64,000 nt of DNA from Candidatus Poribacteria bacterium. GTDB lineage: Bacteria; Poribacteria; WGA-4E; JAJDTR01. The stretch is from positions 2,912,001 through 2,976,000 of the forward strand of contig CBDCTK010000002.1 in the NCBI GenBank assembly GCA_965222225.1, read 5' to 3'. The position numbers were made by a program, and so were the translations under genes. The notes under the pieces were generated by a model. It ran no database searches, had not been told where the DNA came from, and was given only the letters and a program-made list of their open reading frames with translations. This document shows positions 29,721 to 39,753 of this stretch, piece by piece. Numbering within the stretch: the stretch's first letter is position 1; the number at the start of each line of letters is the position of its first letter.

Positions 29721-31662
29721 ACTGATTCGCCACAAACACCAAATCAAACACGTTGACGACACCATCTCCATTCACGTCCGCCTCCAAACTGTCCGTCCCA
29801 AACCCCTGAGCCACCAACGTCAAATCGAAGATATCCACCACCCCATCCCCGTTCACACCCGCCGGATTCTTGGGTTTGACGCGCAGATACATCTCCCCGT
29901 CAAGATTGGTGAGGACGTGTTCCATGTTCGCCAACCCGCTGGCGACACCTTGCACCTCCTCCGGCAACGTGATGACTTGCGGCTCGCCGCTGTGGTTATA
30001 TACCGCCCACCCGTTCGTGAATTCGCGTATATAAAGCCCTTCAATCTCTTGATACAGTTGCCCCTTCTCGCCTATTGGCCTGCCCAAATCCGCATCCCAG
30101 AAATCGTACCAATAGTGGTTATGACCACTATAACCATTGGTAAATACCACATATCCATCGGAATGGGTGAGAGTGAGCGTTGTGGAGACTCGCATCCAGC
30201 GCAGGTTGTCGGGGCTGTCGGGCGGTTGTGAAGGGATTGCTTCGCCCTCGTAGCCGTTGATGCGCGGCTCGCGAAGATTTTCATCTAGCCAGCGCAACGA
30301 GTTCTCAACCTTAGATAGAGCAGCGTCAAGTTCATGGGCAGGTGTCATGCGAGGTATTCCGGTCTCCATAAACCCGCCGTTAATGTACGGTCCGGTGCGG
30401 GGTATGATTCGCTGATTGGTATTGCCCATGATTAAGAAGTCGGGGCGGGTGTTGGCGCGTATGCGCTGAATGATGTTATCGCGTGCGCGCTGCTCCGCTT
30501 CAAAGCCGCTCCAACCGACAGATACCGGTTTAACCTCTTTCCACCAGTCGAAAAAGATGCCGTCGTATAGCCCGCATTTGTCTACGGCAATAGCTTGCGC
30601 TACAATCATATCTTGAACGTCCGGATGCGTAAAGTCAATAACATGCCACGTTTCCCCGACTCTATTACCGTTTTCGTCGCGTACCCAATAGGGCGAATCC
30701 TCGGGAAAATAATGTGAGCCGGCATCGCGCATGCGGATTTCCGACAAAAATATCATATTGGGATTTATGGCGAGATGGCTGTCACGAAGCGTCTGGGCGT
30801 AATTGGGCTCACCGAGTACATACCACCTGCCATCGATGTTGCGGTAATTATGCCCAAAGATAAGACGTGAAAACACGAAGTCATGCAGCGCACGGCGCTC
30901 CACCTCGGGAAGATTGGGTTTGTTCAGGATGCCACCCCACGGCGCGAATATTGATGGATACGTTCTGTTTTCAAGGCGCGGCTGTAAGGGGAGCGGCGGT
31001 TCCTCGCAGGTTTGGTCATATGTAAAATATTCAAACGCTATATGGTCAAGCGGGCTGTGATCGAGGATGTAATTGTCGTGAATTTCCAGATGTACTAGCT
31101 GTGGAAGTGCTGCGATGGGACGCACATCCGTAATCTTGTTGTCACGCAATCGCAATTCGCGTAAGCGTTTGAGATTCTGCAAGGGCTTGAGGTCGGAAAT
31201 ATTGTTGCGGCTTAAGTTAAGTGTTTCAAGCCACGTTAATTTTCGTAAAGGTGTGATATCCGTGATTTCGTGGCAAGTGCCCGCGTCCAAATGTTTTATG
31301 CGCGTAAGATTCGTAAGCGGACTGATGTCATCGATTGGATTTCTCCAAAAAAGTAACACTTGCAATTTGGTCAGTTCCGTTATGGGGGACAGATCGGTTA
31401 TTGCATTGCGGCGGATGTCTAGGTTGATGAGGTTTGTGGCGAATTCTATACCGTTCAAGGACCTAATTCCACGCTTACGCGCGCCTAGACGACGCAGTTC
31501 ACGCATGACATCTTCTGTCAGCATGGCATTTGGAGGTAGTTCAAGTGCTTCATAAATAGCTGCGCGCAGGTTGGGGTCGGGGATATGTACGGGTTGTGTG
31601 TATGCGGCGTGTGGCAAGAAAATCACCAACAAGATTTGGAGACATCGATTTATAACGTTCAT
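29716..31662 (-). CDS. Secreted LRR + putative glycoside-hydrolase-like domain + dockerin
   Basis: Paralog of 26583: IPDPNLRAA, LRRs, DFTHPDVQD, KCGLYDGIFFDWW, YIREFTNGWAVYN, DVNGDG. Confidence 0.8.
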   Translation of the reverse strand: MNVINRCLQILLVIFLPHAAYTQPVHIPDPNLRAAIYEALELPPNAMLTEDVMRELRRLGARKRGIRSLNGIEFATNLINLDIRRNAITDLSPITELTKLQVLLFWRNPIDDISPLTNLTRIKHLDAGTCHEITDITPLRKLTWLETLNLSRNNISDLKPLQNLKRLRELRLRDNKITDVRPIAALPQLVHLEIHDNYILDHSPLDHIAFEYFTYDQTCEEPPLPLQPRLENRTYPSIFAPWGGILNKPNLPEVERRALHDFVFSRLIFGHNYRNIDGRWYVLGEPNYAQTLRDSHLAINPNMIFLSEIRMRDAGSHYFPEDSPYWVRDENGNRVGETWHVIDFTHPDVQDMIVAQAIAVDKCGLYDGIFFDWWKEVKPVSVGWSGFEAEQRARDNIIQRIRANTRPDFLIMGNTNQRIIPRTGPYINGGFMETGIPRMTPAHELDAALSKVENSLRWLDENLREPRINGYEGEAIPSQPPDSPDNLRWMRVSTTLTLTHSDGYVVFTNGYSGHNHYWYDFWDADLGRPIGEKGQLYQEIEGLYIREFTNGWAVYNHSGEPQVITLPEEVQGVASGLANMEHVLTNLDGEMYLRVKPKNPAGVNGDGVVDIFDLTLVAQGFGTDSLEADVNGDGVVNVFDLVFVANQF

Positions 31663-32140
31663 GCGGAATTCTCCTTATGCGAAACGAAGAGTAAATTCAA
31701 AATCGCCTTGTTTACAGCCTACACTCCGCACCTATTTTGGGGGTTTACAAGATTTATTGAAATCCTGTAAACCCGCGTGGGTACTGAGTTTATTAATTTT
31801 TGACAATCCAATTGGGGCTTGGATTCGATTCGAGTTGCGCCCCAAAACGGTGTTTTTTGGTCGACTAAATGGTCGCAAAGCTAGTATTCATGGAGTGCGG
31901 AATACGGGATATATGTATTGCTAACGTGTTAAGTCTGCGAATTTGTTATTAGCTCCGCATTGTAGTGTCAATATATAGCGTGTTACTTGTAGTACGAATA
32001 CAATATATACTAGTGTCATTGGTTTCTAGACGGATATCATGAAATTCCTAAATTTGCACTCATAAGGTGCGGAATATAGGTTACAGCATCAATTGGCTAT
32101 TAAATCACTGGTAGGCGCGGTTTTCAACCGCGCCGTTCTT

Positions 32141-34078
32141 CTATAATGCGTTTGCCACCATCACCAAATCAAACACATTCACCACCCCATCCCCGTTCAC
32201 ATCCGCCTCCAAACCATCCGTCCCCAACCCCTGCGCTACGAGTACCAAGTCAAGAATATCAACAATCCCGTCGCCGTTCAGGTCTGCCGGATTCACCGGT
32301 TTCACCCGTAAGTACATCTCCCCGTCAAGATTCGGCAACTCGTGTTCCGTGTTTACCAAACCACTGGCTACGCCTTGCACTTCCTCTGGCAGAGCTATCA
32401 CTTGCGGTTGCCCACTTCGATTATGGATTGCCCACCCGTTTGTAAATTCACGGATATAGAGTCCTTTAACATTGTTATAGGTTTGAGATTTCGCGCCTAT
32501 AGGTTGGCCCAAATCTATATTCCAAAACTCGTACCAAAGTTCACCGTGTCCCGGTTTGATAAAATACACATAACCATCGGAGAGTGTAAGACTCAATGTG
32601 GTAAAGGCGCGCATCCACCTAACATTCGCCGGGCTGTCAAGAGGCTCAAAAGGTAATTTCAAACCTTCCAGTGCGTTGATGCGAGGTTCTCGCAGGTTGG
32701 ATTCGAGCCACTGGAGCGAATCGGCAATTTCCGAAAATAACAATTCCGCTGTCTCGGCGTCATGGTCGGACGGGACGATGGTTTCCATGAAACTGCCATT
32801 TATGTGTGGTGCGTTGCGAGGCGCTATTCCCCTGTTCATATTGCCCATTACCAGAAAATCGGGGCGCACGTTTGACCTGATACGTTGCATGATAGCATCC
32901 CGCGCCTGTTGCTCGGTGGCGTTGTCGATAAACGGGATATAGTTTTCGTCGTCGCCGAGCACGTTTCCAATTTCGCTCCACCAGTCAAGAAAAATGCCGT
33001 CGTAAAGACCACATTTCGAGACGGCGACCGCTTGTTGAACTATCATATCTTGGACGAGCGGATGCGTAAAGTTTATCACACGCCGCGGGCCATCATAGTA
33101 AACGTTGCCTTGATGATCGTGCACCCAAACCCAGTCGGGCGAATTCGGAGGCGGATAGCCGCCCCCTTCGTCACGCATCCTGATTTCCGCGATGGTAATC
33201 GTGTTCGGGTTGCGCGCCAAGAGCTCGTCGCGCTCGTTGACCGGTTTGGTCAGCGAACCTTTTACGCGCAGTTGCCACTTGCCGTCCGCATTGAATAAAT
33301 AATCGTAATAGAGGCCGATTCCAATAATAATCAGGTCATATTGCGAGTTGTGCTTGAAGGGACCGAAAATGGAAGGGAACGAACGATTTTCCAGACGGGG
33401 TGCCAGGGGTTCCGGCGGGAACTCGCAGGTCTGGTCATAATACAATGTTTCGATCGACAAGTGGTCAAGTATAGAGTGATCGATTATTAGGTTATCCTCG
33501 ATCTTCAGCACCTTTAGGTCTGTCAATCCGGCAAGCGGCGAGATGTCGGAAATACGGTTGCCATGCAACAACAACTTCTCCAGATTCGTCAAGTTGGCGA
33601 GCGGCGTCAAATCGGAAATACCATTGTAATGCATCTGAAGTATCCGCAGATTGGTTAATCTGCTAAGCGGGGATATGTCGGTAATGCCGTTTCCGTTTAG
33701 TATCAATATGTCCAAATTGCGGAGATTAGGGAGCGGAGCCAGGTCGGAAATTCGGTTCTCGCCCAACAACAACTCCTTCAGATTCGTCAAGTTGGCGAGC
33801 GGCGTCAAATCGGAAATACGGTTGCCATTCAAATCCAACAATCTCAAATTTGGCGCATGTTGCAGACCTTCGAGATTTTCAATCTCTCTATCCACCGCGT
33901 CTAGCCGCTCAAGCCGCCGCAAAGCTACTACCGTGATTCGTTCGGAATTGGCCCCAAGCGCCTCGGCAACGACAGCCCGTAGATTCGGGTCGGGGAATTG
34001 GACGACTTGGGCAAATGCGGGACCGCATAAGGTCATATAAAGCAAAAGATGAAGCATGATTTTCCGTCGAGAATTCAT
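32141..34078 (-). CDS. Secreted LRR + putative glycoside-hydrolase-like domain + dockerin
   Basis: Third paralog: FPDPNLRA, LRRs, NFTHPLVQD, KCGLYDGIFLDWW; likely start MNSRRKIMLH at 34078. Confidence 0.8.
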   Translation of the reverse strand: MNSRRKIMLHLLLYMTLCGPAFAQVVQFPDPNLRAVVAEALGANSERITVVALRRLERLDAVDREIENLEGLQHAPNLRLLDLNGNRISDLTPLANLTNLKELLLGENRISDLAPLPNLRNLDILILNGNGITDISPLSRLTNLRILQMHYNGISDLTPLANLTNLEKLLLHGNRISDISPLAGLTDLKVLKIEDNLIIDHSILDHLSIETLYYDQTCEFPPEPLAPRLENRSFPSIFGPFKHNSQYDLIIIGIGLYYDYLFNADGKWQLRVKGSLTKPVNERDELLARNPNTITIAEIRMRDEGGGYPPPNSPDWVWVHDHQGNVYYDGPRRVINFTHPLVQDMIVQQAVAVSKCGLYDGIFLDWWSEIGNVLGDDENYIPFIDNATEQQARDAIMQRIRSNVRPDFLVMGNMNRGIAPRNAPHINGSFMETIVPSDHDAETAELLFSEIADSLQWLESNLREPRINALEGLKLPFEPLDSPANVRWMRAFTTLSLTLSDGYVYFIKPGHGELWYEFWNIDLGQPIGAKSQTYNNVKGLYIREFTNGWAIHNRSGQPQVIALPEEVQGVASGLVNTEHELPNLDGEMYLRVKPVNPADLNGDGIVDILDLVLVAQGLGTDGLEADVNGDGVVNVFDLVMVANAL

Positions 34079-34379
34079 CAATTTCTCCTTTTCAATCACA
34101 GGCATTCCTATAGATTCAGCCAGTTCCTCCGTAACGCGAATGATTCTACCACACCTCCTGTTTCCCATCTATACAAAACGAGGTTTGAAGGGATGCTCGA
34201 TAGACCTTGAAACTACAATCACGGGACGGCGCGGGAGCATCCTCTACGGTTAATGATATCGGTTGACCAATAGGTGGAAAGCGGGTAAAATGGGTTTCGG
34301 TTACATCAGCAAAAACACACTGAGTTTCGCAACCCAATCTCTCCACAGCGGACTTTAATCTTAGCATACGAGACGACCT

Positions 34380-35843
34380 GTGCCTCGACCGAATATCATT
34401 CTCTTCCACGCCGAAAGCTGGGATGGCCGCATGCTCGGCTGTGCCGGACATCCGGCGCTCCGTCATGCCACGCCGAACGTCGACCGCATTGCGGAGTCCG
34501 GCGCCTTCTTCGAGAACGCCTACTGCACCCACCCCATCTGCTGCCCGTCGCGCGCCAATATGTGGTCGGGGCGGTACACGCACCATTGCGAGAGTTGGAA
34601 CAACTTCAAAGGGCTTGAGCCGGGGATGTGGTCGCTGCTCGGCGAACTCCCCAAAACCCACGTCGTCGGGAATTTCGGGAAGCTGGATTACATGTCGGGG
34701 AGTCACTCTCAATCGGCGCGGCTCGGGGCGTGGCTGGCTACCAGCGGAATCAACAAGCCGAACTTCGACAAGGACAAATCGCAGTGTTTCAGCGTGGAGC
34801 CGAGTGATGAAATACGCTGTCATCAGCGCGATTGGGATTACGTTGACGGGGCGGTGGACTTTCTGAAACAACGCCGGGAGGAGCCGTTTTTCCTGTGTAT
34901 CAGCCCGGGGCTCGCCCACGCGCCGTTCCGAACGAATCGCCATTGGCTGGACCGGATCCCGGAGGAGGCGGTCGATATCCCGGCTATGGACAGCACCGAC
35001 CATCCGGTTCGATTGTATCAGCGCATGACCAAGGCGTGGCGCTACGGGTTGGACGAATCGGTGGTGCGGCAGGTACGCCGAATCTACTTCGCCATGTGCG
35101 CCGAGGCGGATGCGCTCGTGGGACGGGTGTACGATGCGGTGCGGGCGCTCGGTTTGGCGGAGAACACGTACTTCGTCTTCGCGAGCGACCACGGTGAGTT
35201 GGCGTTGGAGCACCAAGAGTGGTACAAGATGTCTTTCTATGAAGGTTCCGTTCGCGTGCCGCTTATCGTCACGGGGCCCGGTGTTGAACGCGGACTTCGC
35301 TTATCGAATCTGGTGTCACTCATCGACATCTGCCCGACCTTCATGGAGATGGCGGGGCTGCCGCAGCCGGAAATGCTTGACGGCGAATCGCTGTTGCCGC
35401 TGGTCACCGGAGACACCATCGAGAGCCGCGACTCGGCTTATGCCTGTTTTACGGGCATCACGCTCAACACGTCGGGTTATATGCTGCGGAAAGGCGAGTG
35501 GAAATATGTGGCGTATGTCGACTATCCGGCTCAGTTGTTCAATATCGAAACCGATCCGGGGGAACTGGACGACGTGTGCACGGAGCGACCCGATATCGCT
35601 GCCCGGATGGATTCGGAGTTGCGCTCCATCGTGGATTATGAGCAGACGCATCGGGACCTGCTCGCATACAACAAGGAGGCGTTCCGGCAGTGGCGGCGTC
35701 AAGCCTTGCGGGGCTTGCACCTGGATCAGCGCTACGCGCTAGAGAACAACCCGTCAACCGACTATTGGAGGATTATGGACAACTGTTTCACGGGATATAA
35801 CGAGGATGACGAGGAATTGGTTAACCAGTGGTTGGAGGCGTGA
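34380..35843 (+). CDS. Sulfatase (choline-sulfatase-like)
   Basis: RPNIILF, TPNVDRIA, CCPSRANMWSGRY (CxPxR formylglycine motif), SDHGE, KMSFYEGSVRVPL. Confidence 0.92.
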   Translation: MPRPNIILFHAESWDGRMLGCAGHPALRHATPNVDRIAESGAFFENAYCTHPICCPSRANMWSGRYTHHCESWNNFKGLEPGMWSLLGELPKTHVVGNFGKLDYMSGSHSQSARLGAWLATSGINKPNFDKDKSQCFSVEPSDEIRCHQRDWDYVDGAVDFLKQRREEPFFLCISPGLAHAPFRTNRHWLDRIPEEAVDIPAMDSTDHPVRLYQRMTKAWRYGLDESVVRQVRRIYFAMCAEADALVGRVYDAVRALGLAENTYFVFASDHGELALEHQEWYKMSFYEGSVRVPLIVTGPGVERGLRLSNLVSLIDICPTFMEMAGLPQPEMLDGESLLPLVTGDTIESRDSAYACFTGITLNTSGYMLRKGEWKYVAYVDYPAQLFNIETDPGELDDVCTERPDIAARMDSELRSIVDYEQTHRDLLAYNKEAFRQWRRQALRGLHLDQRYALENNPSTDYWRIMDNCFTGYNEDDEELVNQWLEA

Positions 35844-36035
35844 GAAGCAGTGGCCAGTGGCTAGTGAAGCGGAGATCCGCGCGTGATGGGAGGAAGAGGA
35901 CGAGGGGAAGGGTGGTAAAGCAGACAACGGGAAAACGAGTGAACGAGAAAACGGGAAGGGGGGAAGGTTGTAAGAGTGGAAGGAAGAAACCGAGTTTTGA
36001 GGAAAAAACTCGGTTTCAGCTTTCAGAGGCTGGTG

Positions 36036-36070
36036 GGATCTCTATCGCGCTCCCTATTCGGTCACTTGAT
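36036..36070 (+). repeat. 35-bp micro-element inserted in a REP hairpin
   Basis: GGCTGGTG[GGATCTCTATCGCGCTCCCTATTCGGTCACTTGAT]CGCAGTGCGCACCCTAC; the empty site GGCTGGTGCGCAGTGCGCACCCTAC is at 14213 and 17148. Confidence 0.9.
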
Positions 36071-36118
36071 CGCAGTGCGCACCCTACAAATATACTCGAA
36101 TATTGCAGAGGAAATCAT

Positions 36119-36598
36119 ATGATTTCCGAATCTGAAGGGGTGGAGTCGCTGCGCGGGCGGCATTGGCAATTCACTGACATCGGACTTACGCCCAATCAGA
36201 CGCATCAACTCGCGGGGGTTTCCGGGGCGTGCCTCGAAATTGAGGCGGTCATTGACCCGGGCAGCGCGAGGGAGTGTCGGCTAGGGGTGCTATGCGGGGA
36301 CAATGACAGGGAGCAGACACCCATCGTTTATGACGCAGAGAGGAGGTCAATCTCACTGAAGGGAGTGAATGATGCTTTGGATTTGGCGGCGGGCGAATTT
36401 CTGAGGTTGCGGGTGTTTATCGACCGGTCGTTGGTGGAGGTGTTCGCGAATCGGCGCGTATGTCTGAGTGCGTGGTCGTATCCGCGTCAGGAGGAAGGAG
36501 GATTTGTGAGGTTGTCGGCTGTCGGGGGGCGTGCGCTGGTGAAGTCGATTGATGTTTGGGAGATGGGAGGAAAGCAGTGGTCTGTGGTCAGTGACTAG
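36119..36598 (+). CDS. Stand-alone GH32 C-terminal beta-sandwich domain (possibly a gene remnant)
   Basis: VESLR...LEIEAVI...LRLRVFIDRSLVEVFAN...YP...IDVWEM; no catalytic propeller upstream. Confidence 0.65.
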   Translation: MISESEGVESLRGRHWQFTDIGLTPNQTHQLAGVSGACLEIEAVIDPGSARECRLGVLCGDNDREQTPIVYDAERRSISLKGVNDALDLAAGEFLRLRVFIDRSLVEVFANRRVCLSAWSYPRQEEGGFVRLSAVGGRALVKSIDVWEMGGKQWSVVSD

Positions 36599-36769
36599 TG
36601 GTGAAAGTGGGAAGGATGGAAGGGGAGGAAGACGGGAAGAATGTAAAACAGTGGGCAGTGGCTAGTGGTGAGAGCGGAAGGGAGGAAGAGGGAGATGCGG
36701 TGCTGGGTTTCACCGGGAGCCGTATCAATCAACCTACGGGCTGAGAATGAAAGTCGGAGGACATGACTA

Positions 36770-38014
36770 ATGAGAGAAACGGATTTTGTGTTGGACGGAA
36801 CCCTACGCTCGGATGGAGCATCAATTCGCGACGTAGGGTCGAATCATTTCAGATTGACGCTGGGGCGTGTACCCCAACCCACGATGGCTACGGCGCAGAT
36901 TCCGCCGCATCTCGGAAAGCATTATCCGGGGCGGCAGGAGGGTTGGGCAAACTGGGTGCGATTCGAGATTGCCCGCAACCCCAAGGGGAACGCACTTCGG
37001 CTTGATGTGGAATTCGACGCGCCCGAAGAGTGGGGCACATTTCGCTCGCAAAAGGAGGGCGGCGTGCCGTATCCGTTCACAAACTACGATCCGTGCTGGT
37101 CTTACGACGGGGAGGAGTGGAGGTATATCTCGTGGGAGGAGGATTTTGTTCCGGGACGCGCGGGGACGCTCATCTTTCCACCGTTCGAGCAGGATCGGGT
37201 GCTGGTTTGCACGCAGTTACCGATGACCGTTGAGGATGCGGAGGCGATGCTTGCGGAGTGGCAAGAACACCCGCATGTGGAGGTGCATATTCTCGGGGAG
37301 TCGATCGGGGGGCGGAAACTTCATCGCGTGACCATCACCGATCCGCAGGGAAACGTGCCGCCTTCACGCCGCTGGGTGCATCATGCCGCCAATCAGCATC
37401 CGGGCGAAGGGGTGTCGCAGTGGTACATCGCGGGAATGGTAAAGTGGTTCTTGAGCGATGAGGCGGCGGAGGCACGCTCTTGGACGATTGGGCATTTCAC
37501 GCTCATGATGAATCCCGACGGCGTCGACCATGGGTGGTGCCGCGTCAACGCGCAGGGGATTGATAGTAACCGGAATTTTCGGGTGGAGGGGTCTGATCAG
37601 GCGCTCCAGCCACATGAGGCGTTCATCTTCCAGCGAGATTTTGAGTCGCTCCTACACTCCGATGCTCCGGTGACGACGAGTTGGGCGATGCATTCGTCGC
37701 CATCGGCAAAACTGTCACCGATGTTGGTTGGTCGGGGACCGGAGTTGCGGGGCGTGTTGGGGCCTGACGAGGATTTCGGGGCGTTGTTGAAGGAGCGTGA
37801 TCCGAACAACTTGATTAACGACTATCGTGAGCATCATAGGGGAGTGACGCCGGAGTGCTTTTGGGACGGGGGACCGCATCATGCGTGGGGTATCACAACG
37901 TTTCTGGTTGAGGGAGGCGGAAAGGGTCTTAACAAAGCGCAGGCTATCGAGGCTGGGGGTATTCTTATGCGGGCGCTTACGGCGTATTATGCTGGGGATC
38001 AACTGAGCGGATAG
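36770..38014 (+). CDS. M14 zinc carboxypeptidase family protein
   Basis: LGESIGGR, ANQHPGE, MMNPDG, GIDSNRNF, downstream H and E ligands. Confidence 0.8.
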   Translation: MRETDFVLDGTLRSDGASIRDVGSNHFRLTLGRVPQPTMATAQIPPHLGKHYPGRQEGWANWVRFEIARNPKGNALRLDVEFDAPEEWGTFRSQKEGGVPYPFTNYDPCWSYDGEEWRYISWEEDFVPGRAGTLIFPPFEQDRVLVCTQLPMTVEDAEAMLAEWQEHPHVEVHILGESIGGRKLHRVTITDPQGNVPPSRRWVHHAANQHPGEGVSQWYIAGMVKWFLSDEAAEARSWTIGHFTLMMNPDGVDHGWCRVNAQGIDSNRNFRVEGSDQALQPHEAFIFQRDFESLLHSDAPVTTSWAMHSSPSAKLSPMLVGRGPELRGVLGPDEDFGALLKERDPNNLINDYREHHRGVTPECFWDGGPHHAWGITTFLVEGGGKGLNKAQAIEAGGILMRALTAYYAGDQLSG

Positions 38015-38106
38015 CGAAGACGATAGAGATGGTGGGCGGTGCCCACCCTACAGAGGTCGCGACCTGGAGAGGGATTTCTATCGCACTCCTTATTCAGTCG
38101 CTTGAT
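37998..38106. repeat. Two 35-bp micro-elements: a reverse copy over the M14 stop and a forward copy in a REP
   Basis: 37998-38030 reverse complement ATCTCTATCG TCTT CGCT ATC CGCT CAGT TGAT; 38071-38106 splits GGAGA|TCGCTCCTAC. Confidence 0.85.
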
Positions 38107-38181
38107 CGCTCCTACATAGGAAGAAAGGGTATCGGGGATTCGGTGACTGCCGATCCCGCCCTGCACAGAGGAGGTTTGGGA

Positions 38182-39522
38182 ATGAACACTGTATTTCAGA
38201 TTATACCGTGTCAGGTTCAATTCGGCGTTATAATGTTGGCGGCTCTGGTCGCGTATCTGCTGTTGGTTTCGGCGGGGTGTGTCGATGACATAGATAATCT
38301 GGCGGGACCGAAGCCTTTGGTCGTTACAGCGATTGACGGCGCGGCGTTGCAGAAGGCGATGGATCGGCATACGGGCAGGACGGTGCGTATCAGTGAGCCG
38401 ACGACGATAACCTGCTCCGTGTTGGAATCTGTCGTCGGCGATGAAATCTCGCGGCATGCGCTGCTGATTCCTCCGGGTATCGAGCTTGACCTGAACGGCA
38501 GCACGCTGACCCTCGATCTCCGTTCCAACTCGCACGGCGTCAGGCTCTCCAGCAATTCCGCCATTCGCAACGGGACAATCCGGGTCGTGCACAGCGAGGG
38601 CAAAGGGTCGCAGGCGATTTGGCATTCGGGCATCAGCGTGGGCGCTCCGTACGACGATGGCGGCACGCCCGCGAAGCCGAGTTATTTCTCCAAAGTGTCC
38701 AACTGGCGGATCGAGGATATCACCATCGATCAGCAGGTGGAGGCGTCCGCTATTCAACTGATGTCCGAGGCGTGTTTCGGCGTGATCCGACGCGTTCGGA
38801 TTCTTGATTCTTCGAAGGCGTTGATCGGCATTGGATTGGACTGGGGGAGCGTCGGGAAGGTGACCACGGCGGATGACCAGATTCCCCGTATGCGCGAGCT
38901 GTGGGAACGGGGTGAAATCTATAGCACGCACCCGCATGACATTCTGATTGAGGATATCCGTGTCGGGCATCTCACGCGGAATGTTGACGGCAACGACGCC
39001 GGAGTCCGCTGCTCGGCGTGTTACAATATCCAGATCCGAAACCTGCAGGTGGCGTCGGCGGCGACCGCGGTGGCGATTTTCGGCGGGGACTGCGGTTTTG
39101 AGTTTGCGCCAATATCACTTCGTCCGTTGGCTCACGCGGGATACGAGATTGATAGCGTGGTGATTGATACGGCGTTCCGTTACGGGATTGTGTTGAACGG
39201 GTTGGCGGACAATGTTTATCGGTCAAGCGAGAATTACGGTTATGAAACGCTGATTGATACGGCGCATCCCGGATTGAATCGCGTGGTGGTGAGTGACTGC
39301 CGGCTGAACGGCGGGGGCACGCCGAACAATCAGGGCATCTTTATCACGGCGGTTACGGAGGCGGAGGTGCGGAATGTAGTGGTGGAGGGGTTCGGGATGG
39401 GAGCGAGAATCAAGAATTGGGTGAACGGATTGCGTTTTGTGAATTGCGATTTGGCTCGGAATAATGAGCCGTATACGGTTCTTAGCACCGTCGAAGCGCC
39501 GAGGAATTTGGTGTTTGAATAA
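38182..39522 (+). CDS. Exported right-handed beta-helix (pectin lyase-like) protein, possible lipoprotein
   Basis: GGAGG RBS; VSAGC lipobox-like; GIELDLNGSTL, IRNGTI, and repeated 'IxIEDIxI' strands. Confidence 0.6.
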   Translation: MNTVFQIIPCQVQFGVIMLAALVAYLLLVSAGCVDDIDNLAGPKPLVVTAIDGAALQKAMDRHTGRTVRISEPTTITCSVLESVVGDEISRHALLIPPGIELDLNGSTLTLDLRSNSHGVRLSSNSAIRNGTIRVVHSEGKGSQAIWHSGISVGAPYDDGGTPAKPSYFSKVSNWRIEDITIDQQVEASAIQLMSEACFGVIRRVRILDSSKALIGIGLDWGSVGKVTTADDQIPRMRELWERGEIYSTHPHDILIEDIRVGHLTRNVDGNDAGVRCSACYNIQIRNLQVASAATAVAIFGGDCGFEFAPISLRPLAHAGYEIDSVVIDTAFRYGIVLNGLADNVYRSSENYGYETLIDTAHPGLNRVVVSDCRLNGGGTPNNQGIFITAVTEAEVRNVVVEGFGMGARIKNWVNGLRFVNCDLARNNEPYTVLSTVEAPRNLVFE

Positions 39523-39753
39523 TGGTGGCGAAGCCATTTTTAGTGATTTGAGATACTACACACCTTTCGCATCGCTCGTGCTTTCAAAGGCTGATCGGGA
39601 GTGCCCACCCTACAGGGTCGCGATCGGGAGATTGTTCCTACAGACAATCAAAGCGGACGGAAAAAAGCTATCGCACGGGATCTCTATCGCACTCCTTGTT
39701 CAGTCGCCTGATCGCTACTACAATCGAAACCCGAGTCCGCGTGCACGACGCTG

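Noticed and set aside
31715-32080. Inverted CTCCGCAC/GTGCGGA motifs as transposon ends
   Set aside because: The matches are short, with no TSD or transposase found. It may be a MITE remnant, but I cannot delimit it.
35828-36118. N-terminal extension of the 256-aa ORF (and likewise 38029-38181)
   Set aside because: It consists of octamer tracts, REP and micro-element sequence. Better starts with RBS exist at 36119 and 38182.
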